IMG/VR virus record: IMGVR_UViG_3300030389_002325
Origin: an uncultured virus (IMG/VR IMGVR_UViG_3300030389_002325)
Taxonomy: Duplodnaviria; Heunggongvirae; Uroviricota; Caudoviricetes; Crassvirales
Reading direction: 5' to 3' (one strand)
DNA length: 20,000 nucleotides
Made by a program: the position numbers and the translations under genes. The notes under the pieces were generated by a model. The model saw only the letters and a program-made list of their open reading frames with translations. It made no database searches and was not told the DNA's origin. Every line of letters begins with the position of its first letter. The stretch's first letter is position 1. This document shows positions 1-9,063 of the stretch, one piece after another.

Positions 1-955
1 CTATTTCACAACAAGGATTTGTACCCCAGTCTTTATCGTTATTAAAGTAAATACCTGGCTCACCTGATCCTGATCGTTCAACACGTTTCCATAAGTCCAT
101 AAAAAATCCTTTATGTATTTTATGTCTCATAAGTACAGCAGAATTGTTTGCTCTTCCTCGTTGAGGTGCTTCTTCCCACCAGTGTCCAGACTTACAACCT
201 ATCATTGCTTCATCATCTGCTGAAAATAAACTAATAAGCGCAGCTCTACGTATACCGCCTGCCAATACAGCATCAGCTATATGACAAACAATATCGTGAG
301 CTTCTAATGTAGTTAATTTATCTCCGTCTTCTACATCATTTAAAATTCCTGCTACTTTTACTAAACACTCTTTTAATGGTTGTGGACCTGGAGCTTTGCC
401 ACCAGATGTAACTAATTGAGCTCCCTTTGGTCTTATATCAGAATAATCAAAAAGCACCTTAGATGATCTCTTAGGACCCATATAAGACTTAATTAATACC
501 TTAACCGCATCAGCCCAACCTTCAATACTATCGCCTATTAAATGCCTTCTAGTTCTTTTACTATAAGGTTGATTAACAGCGGGTAATTTATTAACATGGT
601 GGTTTTGTACAGAGTAACCTACACCAGTACCACCAAGTAATAAAAACATTATTTCATTAAAAGACTCAATGCTATCAATAGGTAGATAAGCACAATTGTA
701 GACTCTATTAGGCGAGATTTCAATTGGTTTGCCTCCAAATTGTAACGATCGCATAGACGGTAAAACTTTCTTTTCATATACGTATTTATAAGCAGCTTCA
801 ATTTCATTAACAAGTTTAGGATATTTTTTGATATGCATGTTCTTGTTTCTAGTAACTAGTTCTTCCCATGTTTCTCTTCTATTTAATTCAGGTATGTATT
901 TAGCATACTTCATGTAAACAGTAATATCACTTAGTATCTTGTTCGATAGTTCCAT
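1..955 (-). CDS. nrdJ: Class II (adenosylcobalamin-dependent) ribonucleotide reductase, partial, runs off the left edge
   Basis: Hand translation from ATG at 955: MELSNKILSDITVYMKYAKY...RETWEELVTR...VLPSMRSLQFGG...YNCAY...LLGGTGVGYSV...LVTSGGKAPGPQPL...VLAGGIRRAALI...EPGIYF...GTNPCCEI. It has the NPCxE active-site loop and motifs typical of monomeric class II RNR. Not in the ORF track because it is truncated. Confidence 0.92.
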   Translation of the reverse strand, partial: MELSNKILSDITVYMKYAKYIPELNRRETWEELVTRNKNMHIKKYPKLVNEIEAAYKYVYEKKVLPSMRSLQFGGKPIEISPNRVYNCAYLPIDSIESFNEIMFLLLGGTGVGYSVQNHHVNKLPAVNQPYSKRTRRHLIGDSIEGWADAVKVLIKSYMGPKRSSKVLFDYSDIRPKGAQLVTSGGKAPGPQPLKECLVKVAGILNDVEDGDKLTTLEAHDIVCHIADAVLAGGIRRAALISLFSADDEAMIGCKSGHWWEEAPQRGRANNSAVLMRHKIHKGFFMDLWKRVERSGSGEPGIYFNNDKDWGTNPCCEI

Positions 956-1166
956 TTTGTTCTGCTTTTTTTCTTTCTTTTAAATTATCTTCCATTTGCT
1001 TTTTTAAAGCGTCAATGGCATCTTGGTAACCAGGCATAAGTTTAACTGCTTCTAAAGTTCCTACGCTTAGTTCTCTTAAATGTGTTATTTCATTTATTAA
1101 CTGCTGAATAATATTAGTCATTGCTTTAATTTTATTCTGCATTTCTATTAATTTACTTTCTTTCAT
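927..1166 (-). CDS. Hypothetical coiled-coil protein (79 aa)
   Basis: ORF track. It overlaps the RNR start and is ATGA-coupled to the upstream ORF. Confidence 0.75.
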   Translation of the reverse strand: MKESKLIEMQNKIKAMTNIIQQLINEITHLRELSVGTLEAVKLMPGYQDAIDALKKQMEDNLKERKKAEQNGTIEQDTK

Positions 1167-1297
1167 CTGCCTTGCCCTCTATATTTTTTCTTGTAATTAA
1201 CGCTATTTTTTAAATTAGATGTTTTAGATTTACTATGAACACCTGGTCTTTTTTTACGGTTTTTCTCCCGATACGGTGATAATGTCAGCTTCGCCAT
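1163..1297 (-). CDS. Small basic protein (44 aa) ending in KYRGQGR
   Basis: Hand translation: MAKLTLSPYREKNRKKRPGVHSKSKTSNLKNSVNYKKKYRGQGR*. Its stop overlaps the next ATG (ATGA). The KxYRGQGR ending resembles small basic proteins I recall from environmental phages. Confidence 0.75.
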   Translation of the reverse strand: MAKLTLSPYREKNRKKRPGVHSKSKTSNLKNSVNYKKKYRGQGR

Positions 1298-1448
1298 ACT
1301 TTTCTGAATATTTAATTAAATCTTTATATTTTAAATAGCCTTTAGATTGTATACTCCAGTCTATAAACTGTTGTAACTTTCTTTTGGTATACATACGCCT
1401 TGCTAGATCTTTTTTCTCCCAAGAATTAAGTTCACGGTTTCGTCGCAT
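1254..1448 (-). CDS. Short ORF, possibly the -1 frameshift extension of the upstream endonuclease
   Basis: ORF track. It lies in the -1 frame relative to 1403..1858, joined by an A_AAA_AAG heptamer at 1409-1415. Confidence 0.5.
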   Translation of the reverse strand: MRRNRELNSWEKKDLARRMYTKRKLQQFIDWSIQSKGYLKYKDLIKYSEKYGEADIITVSGEKP

Positions 1449-1858
1449 TCTTTTTGATTTTGTGGTTTATATAACGTAACTTCCGACCTAGTATGATATA
1501 AGTAAAGTTTAAATAATTTCCAACGTATAGGAAAAGATTCGTTAGCACGTCCTTTGCATTCAATGATGAAGTTATCTCCGACAAAGTCAGGTGTATACTT
1601 GATATTAAGTATTTTTTTATTACCTCTATTTTTATATTCACCTTTCCCATTAGATTGTCTTTCATAAGATGACTTGTCATAGTTAAAAGAAGGGATCAAC
1701 TCATAAGTTGTCCCTTCATATTTTGCTTTGATCTTAGCTTTTTTTAAAGCTATGTACATGTATTTTTCAAGACCAGACTGAAAAGTAATACCATCATATA
1801 TTACTTTTTTAGATCGTACAGGTCCTTTTTTTCGTTTAAATCGGCGCGATCGCATCAT
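1403..1858 (-). CDS. T7 endonuclease I-like PD-(D/E)XK nuclease / Holliday junction resolvase
   Basis: Motifs FQSGLE, YE, YTPDF and IIECKG match the endonuclease I/DUF1064-type PD-(D/E)XK pattern. Confidence 0.8.
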   Translation of the reverse strand: MMRSRRFKRKKGPVRSKKVIYDGITFQSGLEKYMYIALKKAKIKAKYEGTTYELIPSFNYDKSSYERQSNGKGEYKNRGNKKILNIKYTPDFVGDNFIIECKGRANESFPIRWKLFKLYLYHTRSEVTLYKPQNQKECDETVNLILGRKKI

Positions 1859-2150
1859 CCCAGTCTAACTGTGCAGAACTACCTTTAAAAGCAGCATGAT
1901 CAGCGGCTCTGATAGCATCAGATACTAACTTATCATTAAGCTCTTCTTTAGCAGCTTGAATATAAAGAATAGCATCCATAAGCTCTTCTTGTACATCATT
2001 TAAATAACCAGCTAAATCTTTATGTTTGCCAGTTCTTTCATCGTGTAATGTTCTACCATACTTAGCATAACCAACATCAGAACGTTTAACAAACTTATCG
2101 CAGACTCTTTCTACAACAGGATCTCTAAATAAAATAGTTTTACTTTTCAT
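1836..2150 (-). CDS. All-alpha NTP pyrophosphohydrolase-like protein (MazG-related fold)
   Basis: GYAKYGRTL and QEELMDAILY motifs. Start placed at ATG 2150, overlapping the upstream gene end, rather than the TTG at 2159. Confidence 0.6.
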   Translation of the reverse strand: MKSKTILFRDPVVERVCDKFVKRSDVGYAKYGRTLHDERTGKHKDLAGYLNDVQEELMDAILYIQAAKEELNDKLVSDAIRAADHAAFKGSSAQLDWDDAIAPI

Positions 2151-2982
2151 CTTTAACAAATGTTCCGTTAACCATTTTACCAGTACGTTTAGATATTACA
2201 TTGTATGCTTCTTCAATACACTTTTCAATTGTTGCGCCGCCAAGATGAGCCATGTTAGTCAATACAACTACCATATCACCTATAGCATCAACAAACTCTT
2301 CATTATCATTTTTAAGTACAGCTCTACCAAGCTCACCAGCTTCTTCCATTAATTTACAAAACTGTGTTTTAGTATCACCTTTAGTATATAAGCCTCTTTC
2401 TCCTGCCCAGTCTCTAATCTTTTGAAACATATCGTACTCTGCATTATCATATCTCCAATTTTTACGCTCAGTAAGTGTATCATAATAAGCTTGATAAGCG
2501 TCTTTATGTTTTTTAACTTGAAAATATTTAGCAAATGCTTTATTGTATATATAACATCTTTCTGTAGTAAACTGAGATGTCGTTACATTGCTCATTATCC
2601 ATTTAATAGTGTCCATATTAATTTCAAATGTACCATGTGTTGTTTCCCACGTTTTACCTATACTATCCATTAATCTACCTTTTAGTTTAGATTCTGGACA
2701 TGGAAACGTAGAAGTCTGCTCTGTAGCGTTTATGTGCATTGTATTAGATTTAATTTTATTAATATATAGATCTTTATATTTCTGTCTGTCAACCTTATAG
2801 CCGTAAGACAATTGAAGTTCTAACTCGCGGTCAGATATATAATCTATATCTGTACTTTGTTCTAGAACTTCTATTTCGTCTAAGTCATAGCCTTGCTGGT
2901 CAACAACTCTAGATATAAGATCACGTGTAACACCTATTTTTTTACCCGGTATATGGTACAAATAATAATTAATTTTATCCAT
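2140..2982 (-). CDS. Fusion protein: N-terminal GIY-YIG-like domain, linker domain, C-terminal MazG-like NTP pyrophosphohydrolase
   Basis: The C-terminus QFCKLMEEAGELGRAVLK...VDAIGDMVVVL...RTGKMVNGTFVKD is MazG-like (EExxE...D..GD). The N-terminus YYLYHIPGKKIGVTRDL..RV resembles a minimal GIY-YIG. Confidence 0.75.
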   Translation of the reverse strand: MDKINYYLYHIPGKKIGVTRDLISRVVDQQGYDLDEIEVLEQSTDIDYISDRELELQLSYGYKVDRQKYKDLYINKIKSNTMHINATEQTSTFPCPESKLKGRLMDSIGKTWETTHGTFEINMDTIKWIMSNVTTSQFTTERCYIYNKAFAKYFQVKKHKDAYQAYYDTLTERKNWRYDNAEYDMFQKIRDWAGERGLYTKGDTKTQFCKLMEEAGELGRAVLKNDNEEFVDAIGDMVVVLTNMAHLGGATIEKCIEEAYNVISKRTGKMVNGTFVKDEK

Positions 2983-3661
2983 ATTTTCTAGCTCTAGATG
3001 TTAAAGGGTTTTGTTCAGGTAATTTATCATTGTAAATATGTAAGTTATGCGCGAAATGATAGTATGTGCCCATGTCATATCCTGCTCTGTTTGATACTAA
3101 CTGTTGTAGTTTGCTAAAACAGTATTGATCATTACAAAAGCCGTACCATAAGTCATTAGATCGCATTACAACGCACATATTTAATTTACCTTTCACAACT
3201 GTAAATTGTACAGCATAGGTACAAGGCGTGTCGTGCCTATACTTATTTATTTCTTTGCCATCGTATATCGATATTGCAGCTTGTCTTGTATCAGGATTAT
3301 CTCTTAGTTGTGCAACAACTTTATCTAACTGATAGCTTCTTTCCCATTGCCAGCCGTAGTTAGAGTTTACATTTCCATCTTCGTCAGACATACGTTTCCA
3401 TATAGCTGGAATTTTACCGTATAACAAGCCAAGCTTATCTATGTTACGATCACCAGATAAATACCATTGCCACTCAGCTTCGGCATATTCCATGTTGAAC
3501 TCACGCTTTTCATTATCTATCATACGTTCCCATGGCTTTTCAATAGTAAAACCTTGATTAAACATAGCTTTAGTACCTGCAAAGTTTATTCCTTCATAAG
3601 GTATTGTGCCATAATAAAAATCAAAAGCTTCGCTTGCATTTTTAAATGTTAATTGTATCAT
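2975..3661 (-). CDS. Thymidylate synthase family (ThyA-like or dUMP hydroxymethylase-like)
   Basis: YGWQW, DTRQA, catalytic PC, MRSND..GFCND and HNLHIY motifs. Confidence 0.88.
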   Translation of the reverse strand: MIQLTFKNASEAFDFYYGTIPYEGINFAGTKAMFNQGFTIEKPWERMIDNEKREFNMEYAEAEWQWYLSGDRNIDKLGLLYGKIPAIWKRMSDEDGNVNSNYGWQWERSYQLDKVVAQLRDNPDTRQAAISIYDGKEINKYRHDTPCTYAVQFTVVKGKLNMCVVMRSNDLWYGFCNDQYCFSKLQQLVSNRAGYDMGTYYHFAHNLHIYNDKLPEQNPLTSRARKYG

Positions 3662-3909
3662 TTATTATATTTGTTATAGTAAAATCTATAAAATTCAAAT
3701 AACTTCGGAAGTATTTCGTGTTTCCGATATTCTCCTGGACTAATCATTTCTTTGTTGTTAGCAACAATACGTATTTTCCAAACAGCATTATCAAAGCCAG
3801 GTGATGCAGCTAGCATACCTATTTTTATGCCATGATTTATACACCATGAATATGCTTTGTTATCTTCTTCTGTTCTTACATATTCTTCTAGCTTAACTGT
3901 TTTTGCCAT
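3658..3909 (-). CDS. Hypothetical protein (83 aa)
   Basis: ORF track. ATGA overlap with the thymidylate synthase-family gene. Confidence 0.75.
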   Translation of the reverse strand: MAKTVKLEEYVRTEEDNKAYSWCINHGIKIGMLAASPGFDNAVWKIRIVANNKEMISPGEYRKHEILPKLFEFYRFYYNKYNK

Positions 3910-4037
3910 GTTTTATATTTTATATTAAATTTATCTAATATGGCTTTATACATTTCTATAGTTTGTTCAACATAAGTTTCATAATCAACTTCATTAGCTG
4001 TTATAACGTATTTTATTTTATAATCAACAGGCTTCAT
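3888..4037 (-). CDS. Hypothetical protein (49 aa)
   Basis: Hand translation: MKPVDYKIKYVITANEVDYETYVEQTIEMYKAILDKFNIKYKTWQKQLS*. ATGA overlap with the primase-helicase stop, and it fills the gap. Confidence 0.6.
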   Translation of the reverse strand: MKPVDYKIKYVITANEVDYETYVEQTIEMYKAILDKFNIKYKTWQKQLS

Positions 4038-5746
4038 TCCCAAGGCATTTGTTCTTCAAGGTCTGGCATTTCATGTGGTACAAAACAACCTGATCTAGGT
4101 TCCCATGTAAAATGAGCTTCAGCACCGTTTTCACCTAAGTTTTGGAACTTACATTTAAGTACTTTAACTTTAGTTGTTCTAGCTTCATAATCACGATGTA
4201 CTAATAAGCCATGATAACTAGCATCGTACCATTCGCCACCACCTTTAATATTATACATTGTTGGCTCTTCAATCTTACCTTCTTGTGTCTTATACATTTT
4301 GGTAGGGTGAGCCACTATGAATACTAACACGTCATACTTTTTAGCAAACGTTTCTATCTTTGTTAAGTATTCCATAGTATATTTGTTAACATCTTCAGTT
4401 GTACAGTCAACATCTCTTACTTTGTTATATGGATCGATAACAAGGCATTTAATACCTTTACGTTTAACAAGCTCTGCACCTTTACGTAATACTGATTCTA
4501 ATGTATATCTTTCCATGTCTATGAAAAAGAAATTATCATTTACGTGTTGTGCAACTTGATTCCATTTATTGCCTCCTATATCGCCTTTATTTGGCATATC
4601 GCCCCATACTTTACGCATTAGTTTATGTGCGTGTAAATATGTAGGAGCATTTTCAGGAGATGCAAATGCAGTTTTCCAACCATACTCACGATTATAGCCT
4701 ACACACATTTGATCTACAAAGTCTGATTTACCTGAACTAGGTATACCAGTTACTGTAATAAACTGTTTAGTATATGTACTAAATATTTTGTCAAAGTTAT
4801 GTAAACCTACTGTAAAGCCACGTTTGAAACCATTACGCACAAAGTCTGTAACTTCATCTTCAATATCTCTAAACGTTGTAACGTTTTCAAGAGGTACGGG
4901 ATGAGCTTGCTTTATACGTGACATTAGCTCTTTAGCACCGTGCTTTAGCAAGTACTCATTAGCGTCTTTGCAATCATCAAATGTAGATATAAAACAAACT
5001 TCAGCGCCTAGTCTACGTATTAGCTCTTGCTGTAGTGCAATACCAGGTGGATCATTATCTACTGCAATGATTATCTTTTTCTTATCTTCAAAGTAATCAA
5101 TACAGTTATCTAAATAATCTAAGTTATTTGTATTAAGTGTAGCACCATTAGGCACTGATATAGCATTTGTAACACCAGCTTCATGCAAGGCTAGCACATC
5201 CATTTCGCCTTCAACTATAACACAATCTTCATGACCTACAATACTATCAATATTATAAAATACTTTTTCAGCTCCTTTATATAGCTTAAAGTTTTTACGC
5301 GCATCTCTATATTTAACGTTAGTTAAGTTACCACCAACTAAATAATTAAATTGTATTGTATTTTCTTGCTTACCAGTTTGCGGCATAAACTCTGTACCAA
5401 CGCCAACTTTTAATTGTTTAAGTGTTTGTTCAGATATACCTCTAGTTTTAAACCAGTCTATAACTTTATCACCTAGTTGTCCTACAGTTGTTTTAGTAGG
5501 TACAACATAGTCACGTTCAGCTTTGCCTTTACGTTTAAACGTGTGTAATTGAAAAGGTGTATCACAGTTGTGGCATGTACCTATACCTCGTTCCCAGTCG
5601 TAGCTAGCACACTTTTTCTTTTGGTTTTCAGGTTTGCGTGTAGATGAACACAGGGGACAAGTCCCCTGCGTTTTACCTACGTCCAAGCCGTGCTGATTAA
5701 ACTTATCGATTAAGAATCCATTTATTTCTTTATCTTCTACGTTCAA
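4034..5746 (-). CDS. Bifunctional primase-helicase (T7 gp4/Twinkle-like)
   Basis: Zn finger CPLC...CHNC, TOPRIM EGEMD and DND...KDANEYL, Walker A GIPSSGKS, Walker B LVIDPY, and VAHP. TTG start. Confidence 0.95.
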   Translation of the reverse strand: MNVEDKEINGFLIDKFNQHGLDVGKTQGTCPLCSSTRKPENQKKKCASYDWERGIGTCHNCDTPFQLHTFKRKGKAERDYVVPTKTTVGQLGDKVIDWFKTRGISEQTLKQLKVGVGTEFMPQTGKQENTIQFNYLVGGNLTNVKYRDARKNFKLYKGAEKVFYNIDSIVGHEDCVIVEGEMDVLALHEAGVTNAISVPNGATLNTNNLDYLDNCIDYFEDKKKIIIAVDNDPPGIALQQELIRRLGAEVCFISTFDDCKDANEYLLKHGAKELMSRIKQAHPVPLENVTTFRDIEDEVTDFVRNGFKRGFTVGLHNFDKIFSTYTKQFITVTGIPSSGKSDFVDQMCVGYNREYGWKTAFASPENAPTYLHAHKLMRKVWGDMPNKGDIGGNKWNQVAQHVNDNFFFIDMERYTLESVLRKGAELVKRKGIKCLVIDPYNKVRDVDCTTEDVNKYTMEYLTKIETFAKKYDVLVFIVAHPTKMYKTQEGKIEEPTMYNIKGGGEWYDASYHGLLVHRDYEARTTKVKVLKCKFQNLGENGAEAHFTWEPRSGCFVPHEMPDLEEQMPWE

Positions 5747-5756
5747 TTATACTTAA

Positions 5757-6074
5757 TTAAAATGGTAAATCTGGATCAGCAGCTACTGCTTGTGGTTTAT
5801 GATTTGTTTGTGGTGCTGGCTGGTTATCTCTGTTTGGCTCAGGAAATACACCGTCAGTCCATACAACTTTACAGTTACCTAAGTAAACTTTACTAACTTT
5901 AGCTTCTCTTTCTTCTTTAGTTTGATCTACACAAACTGGTCCTTGATTACCAAATTGATCTGGTTCATTATTAACTGTAATTGATATTGGTAAGTATTTA
6001 CCTTTTTTACCTTCTATTATTTTATCTTTAGGTATTTCAGTAAGGTTAATACTAGTTTTTATTATTCCTGCCAT
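5757..6074 (-). CDS. Probable single-stranded DNA-binding protein
   Basis: Short beta-rich protein with the acidic SSB-type C-terminal tail DPDLPF, located between the exonuclease and primase-helicase. Confidence 0.75.
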   Translation of the reverse strand: MAGIIKTSINLTEIPKDKIIEGKKGKYLPISITVNNEPDQFGNQGPVCVDQTKEEREAKVSKVYLGNCKVVWTDGVFPEPNRDNQPAPQTNHKPQAVAADPDLPF

Positions 6075-6075
6075 A

Positions 6076-6810
6076 TTATAATGTTTTATTTATGAAATAA
6101 TTGTGAGGTTCAAATCCCTCTGTTTTATAGAACAAATCATATACTTCGTTTGCTTTTTCAACTTTATTGAAACCAGATGTTAAAAAATCATCTGAACAAT
6201 CAAATATACCTATTTGTCCTGTGTTTTTATCTATAGCTATAAATATCATATCATAGCCAAATAAATTCTTATATACAAAAGCTTGTGAATCATAATTATA
6301 TTTTTTTGCAGACCACTGAAACTTGTCTAAGTCTTGTGTAGTCTTTAAATCTACAATTAATTTTTCATTATGGTTTATAATATCAGCTTTACCTTTCCAC
6401 CAGTTACCACCTAGTTGTGCAACACCTGGAACTTCAAACTCATTATTATCTGCATGTATAAAATCTCTACAAACTTTGTTATTCATTATTTTATTTACTA
6501 ACGCTTCAGTTTTATCAACCTCATGTTGTAATAAACAAACTTCACCGTTTGTTATTTCTTTATATGCTTTTGTATTACGTGAGCTAGCTTCTACTATCTT
6601 GAAGTTTTTAATTTTATCTGGTTCAAGTATAGCTGTATGAAAATAGCCTCCTATAAGAAAATGAGGAGCTGATGGAGTTGGCTTTTTGAACTCTAGCGGG
6701 TTTGTCATTAAGGTGCGTATATCTGAGTTAGATATAAACTGTCTACCATATTCACCATAGTAATGTTCATCGTCCTTCAGCTTCTCTAATATTTCTTTTT
6801 TATTTTTCAT
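6076..6810 (-). CDS. RecE/exonuclease VIII-like PD-(D/E)XK nuclease (DUF3799-like)
   Basis: ISNSDI, G..FHTAILEP, KGKAD, VDLKTT and Y..QA..Y motifs. Adjacent to the ERF gene. Confidence 0.85.
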   Translation of the reverse strand: MKNKKEILEKLKDDEHYYGEYGRQFISNSDIRTLMTNPLEFKKPTPSAPHFLIGGYFHTAILEPDKIKNFKIVEASSRNTKAYKEITNGEVCLLQHEVDKTEALVNKIMNNKVCRDFIHADNNEFEVPGVAQLGGNWWKGKADIINHNEKLIVDLKTTQDLDKFQWSAKKYNYDSQAFVYKNLFGYDMIFIAIDKNTGQIGIFDCSDDFLTSGFNKVEKANEVYDLFYKTEGFEPHNYFINKTL

Positions 6811-7367
6811 AACGTCGCTAGCTCTTGTTCTTGCTCTTTTGTTAAACTATATTTAGATTTTATTGCATCTAATTTACCACCACTTTTAACGTAATCTTTA
6901 GCTTTAGCTAATTGTTGCGCTGATATGATAGCTTTTTCTTTAATAGTTTGTTTTTTACCGTGTGTATTAGTAGCATCCGCGTCTTGAGTATCATCAATCA
7001 AGAACAGATTACCTAGTGCATATTTCTTACCGTAAGAACTTGCTGCACCATATCTTTGTGGCATTTGCATACCTTTCTGATCTAAGTCAACACCAACAAC
7101 AGCTATAGCTGAAACAGTTTTGGTATTACCTGTACCTGTTTCTTCTTTGCCATTATTTAATCTAGCAGTAACTTGCATAACAGGTGGATCAAAAGAAATT
7201 AATTCTTCCTTAATCGTAACTGATACATCTAGCTCCTTTAAAAAGGGTTTTGTTGCTTCTAGGATGTCTTCGGCAGATCGGAAATAATACTTGCCGAAAG
7301 AGTTATATCTACTTTTCTTCGACTTAAACTCTTGTTGAATTTTGGATAATTTTTGGTATATTGTCAT
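6807..7367 (-). CDS. ERF-family single-strand annealing protein
   Basis: N-terminal K..YNSFGKYYFRSAEDIL and the ERF signature Q..GAASSYGKKYALGNLFLIDD..DAD. Start placed at MTIYQKL (7367). Confidence 0.88.
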   Translation of the reverse strand: MTIYQKLSKIQQEFKSKKSRYNSFGKYYFRSAEDILEATKPFLKELDVSVTIKEELISFDPPVMQVTARLNNGKEETGTGNTKTVSAIAVVGVDLDQKGMQMPQRYGAASSYGKKYALGNLFLIDDTQDADATNTHGKKQTIKEKAIISAQQLAKAKDYVKSGGKLDAIKSKYSLTKEQEQELATL

Positions 7368-7397
7368 ACTAATATAATTACACATTTATCATTTAAT

Positions 7398-8147
7398 TTA
7401 CAGATAGTCAAGCACTTGCGAGTGATCTACCGTATCAATAAGCTTTTGTACAGCTTGCTTTTTAAGTTCAGAAACTCTTACATAATCAGATGTACCTTGT
7501 ATATCTAAAGCTTTAGCTATTTCTTTAGCAGACCATTTAGGGCCATCTAAACCGTAGCTTTTACTTAATACAAACATTTCGTTCCACTCTAAGTATTTAG
7601 TTAATAAACTCATTAAATAAGCATTTAATAATTGCTCATTGTATGGATCTGATTTATCAGGTATTTGATAAACCATATCTTCATTAGCTGGATTAGCGTC
7701 GACAGATAAAAATATAGAGTTAAAAAACATTTCAACCATTTTTTTGTCTTTGCCACCATCTTTACGTATTTCATTTAGCTTATGCTCAGGTATACGCATT
7801 GTACCTCTGTTTTTGTCAATAGCTCGACGTATGCCACCTCTTATTCTTTTAGATAAAAAAGACTTCAACGTTTGTTCTACATCGTCAGACGCAGTTATTT
7901 TTTCCCAGTCTATTTTATCTACAGCTTTTATCAAGTTTAAATTACCTTCTTGCATTATATCTAATATAGACATAACACCTGAAGCTTCTTGAGATGTAGC
8001 AAACTTACGTGCTATATTTTCTACTAACGGCATAAACTTAATTATTAATTCATCACGAGTATAAAAAGAATAAGGCTTGTCTACAGGCATACTTACTTTT
8101 AAGTCTTCCTTGTATCTAACATAATTCTTTACGTTATATTTTTTCAT
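7398..8147 (-). CDS. Phage-encoded sigma-70-family RNA polymerase sigma factor
   Basis: Region 2 LVENIARKF...DIMQEGNLNLIKAVDK...IRGGIRRAID...MRIPEH. Region 4 HTH YGLDG...SAKEIAKAL...RVSELKKQAVQKL. Confidence 0.9.
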   Translation of the reverse strand: MKKYNVKNYVRYKEDLKVSMPVDKPYSFYTRDELIIKFMPLVENIARKFATSQEASGVMSILDIMQEGNLNLIKAVDKIDWEKITASDDVEQTLKSFLSKRIRGGIRRAIDKNRGTMRIPEHKLNEIRKDGGKDKKMVEMFFNSIFLSVDANPANEDMVYQIPDKSDPYNEQLLNAYLMSLLTKYLEWNEMFVLSKSYGLDGPKWSAKEIAKALDIQGTSDYVRVSELKKQAVQKLIDTVDHSQVLDYL

Positions 8148-8754
8148 GGTTATGGTTTAATAATTGTTTTTCTTGCCTGAGTTCTTCACCCATGTTTCTA
8201 TGTATAGTTCTTGGTGTACAACCTAGAACTTTTGCTATTTTAGATATAGTGATGATACCTTCATCATGTACCTGTAGCATAGCTTCGTAAATATCTTCTT
8301 TAGATATTGCTTTGCCTCTTCCTATAATTTGACCAACAATACTTAATTTTTGTTTTACATCAAGACCTGAACCATCTTTAAATACTATTTTACGTAGTTT
8401 ATTTTTAGGTGGTTGCTCAAGATCTTGTAAGTAAACATCATTTATAATTTCTTTTAACATGTCAGCAGGTAAATTAAATGTAGTAAACCCATTAGGTTTA
8501 TGAGTTATTACACTTGCTAGTTCAGAAAACTGTGTTTTATCCATGTCAGGATTAAGATACCACAATACTAACAAATGCCATTTTAAAGATCTGTATGTAT
8601 TTATCTTTGCCTTAGTGTTAAATAAACTGTAATATCCATAGGTACCTTCAGCATAATACCAACCCCAGTCATAGCTAGTTGTTGGATCGTCTGACGAGTA
8701 CCTACGATATACAATGCGCTTATCATGTAAATATTTCATAGCGCGATGTGACAT
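8134..8754 (-). CDS. DNA-binding protein with C-terminal helix-turn-helix (regulator or replication-initiator-like)
   Basis: C-terminal ITISKIAKVLGCTPRTIHRN is an HTH. The start codon sits inside an inverted repeat. Confidence 0.7.
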   Translation of the reverse strand: MSHRAMKYLHDKRIVYRRYSSDDPTTSYDWGWYYAEGTYGYYSLFNTKAKINTYRSLKWHLLVLWYLNPDMDKTQFSELASVITHKPNGFTTFNLPADMLKEIINDVYLQDLEQPPKNKLRKIVFKDGSGLDVKQKLSIVGQIIGRGKAISKEDIYEAMLQVHDEGIITISKIAKVLGCTPRTIHRNMGEELRQEKQLLNHNHEKI

Positions 8755-8791
8755 TAGCCCTCTACTTTATTATCTTTAAGCCTATTGTCAC
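8748..8791. promoter_or_regulatory. Operator-like inverted repeat, site 1
   Basis: GTGACATTAG-N24-CTATTGTCAC. Same arms and same 24-nt spacing as 15530-15573. Confidence 0.65.
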
Positions 8792-8900
8792 TGTGCAATG
8801 TAGCCCAGTATAGCTCATGCTCGTTTTTTAATCCTCTTGAATTTATCTCTTCATCAAGCCATCTTTGGCTGTAATATAATATCCAGTCAGAGTTTTTCAT
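8754..8900 (-). CDS. Hypothetical protein (48 aa)
   Basis: Hand translation MKNSDWILYYSQRWLDEE...KVEG*. TAATG coupling to the HTH gene. Confidence 0.5.
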   Translation of the reverse strand: MKNSDWILYYSQRWLDEEINSRGLKNEHELYWATLHSDNRLKDNKVEG

Positions 8901-9063
8901 AATAATCTTTATATTTTAAAAATAGTTTACGTTTATCTAAATCAACTTTTCCAGTATTTATAGCTTCTCTAGCTATGTCACAATGTAACTTAGCCATAAC
9001 ACCTCTTACATAAGATTTATGACTTAAGCATCGTCTTTTTTTAGCTATTTTTTCTAACATCAT
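8887..9063 (-). CDS. Hypothetical basic protein (58 aa)
   Basis: Hand translation MMLEKIAKKRRCLSHKSYVRG...YYEKL*. Overlaps both neighbours in operon fashion. Confidence 0.55.
   Translation of the reverse strand: MMLEKIAKKRRCLSHKSYVRGVMAKLHCDIAREAINTGKVDLDKRKLFLKYKDYYEKL

Noticed and set aside
1432..2534. Same-strand nested ORFs 1432..1680 and 2349..2534
   Set aside because: Both are fully inside better-supported genes in another frame, with no independent evidence.
2422..7992. Plus-strand ORFs at 2422, 2588, 3467, 4317, 6323 and 7744 (also 11261 and 13930)
   Set aside because: They are antisense shadows of well-supported minus-strand genes with no recognisable motifs.
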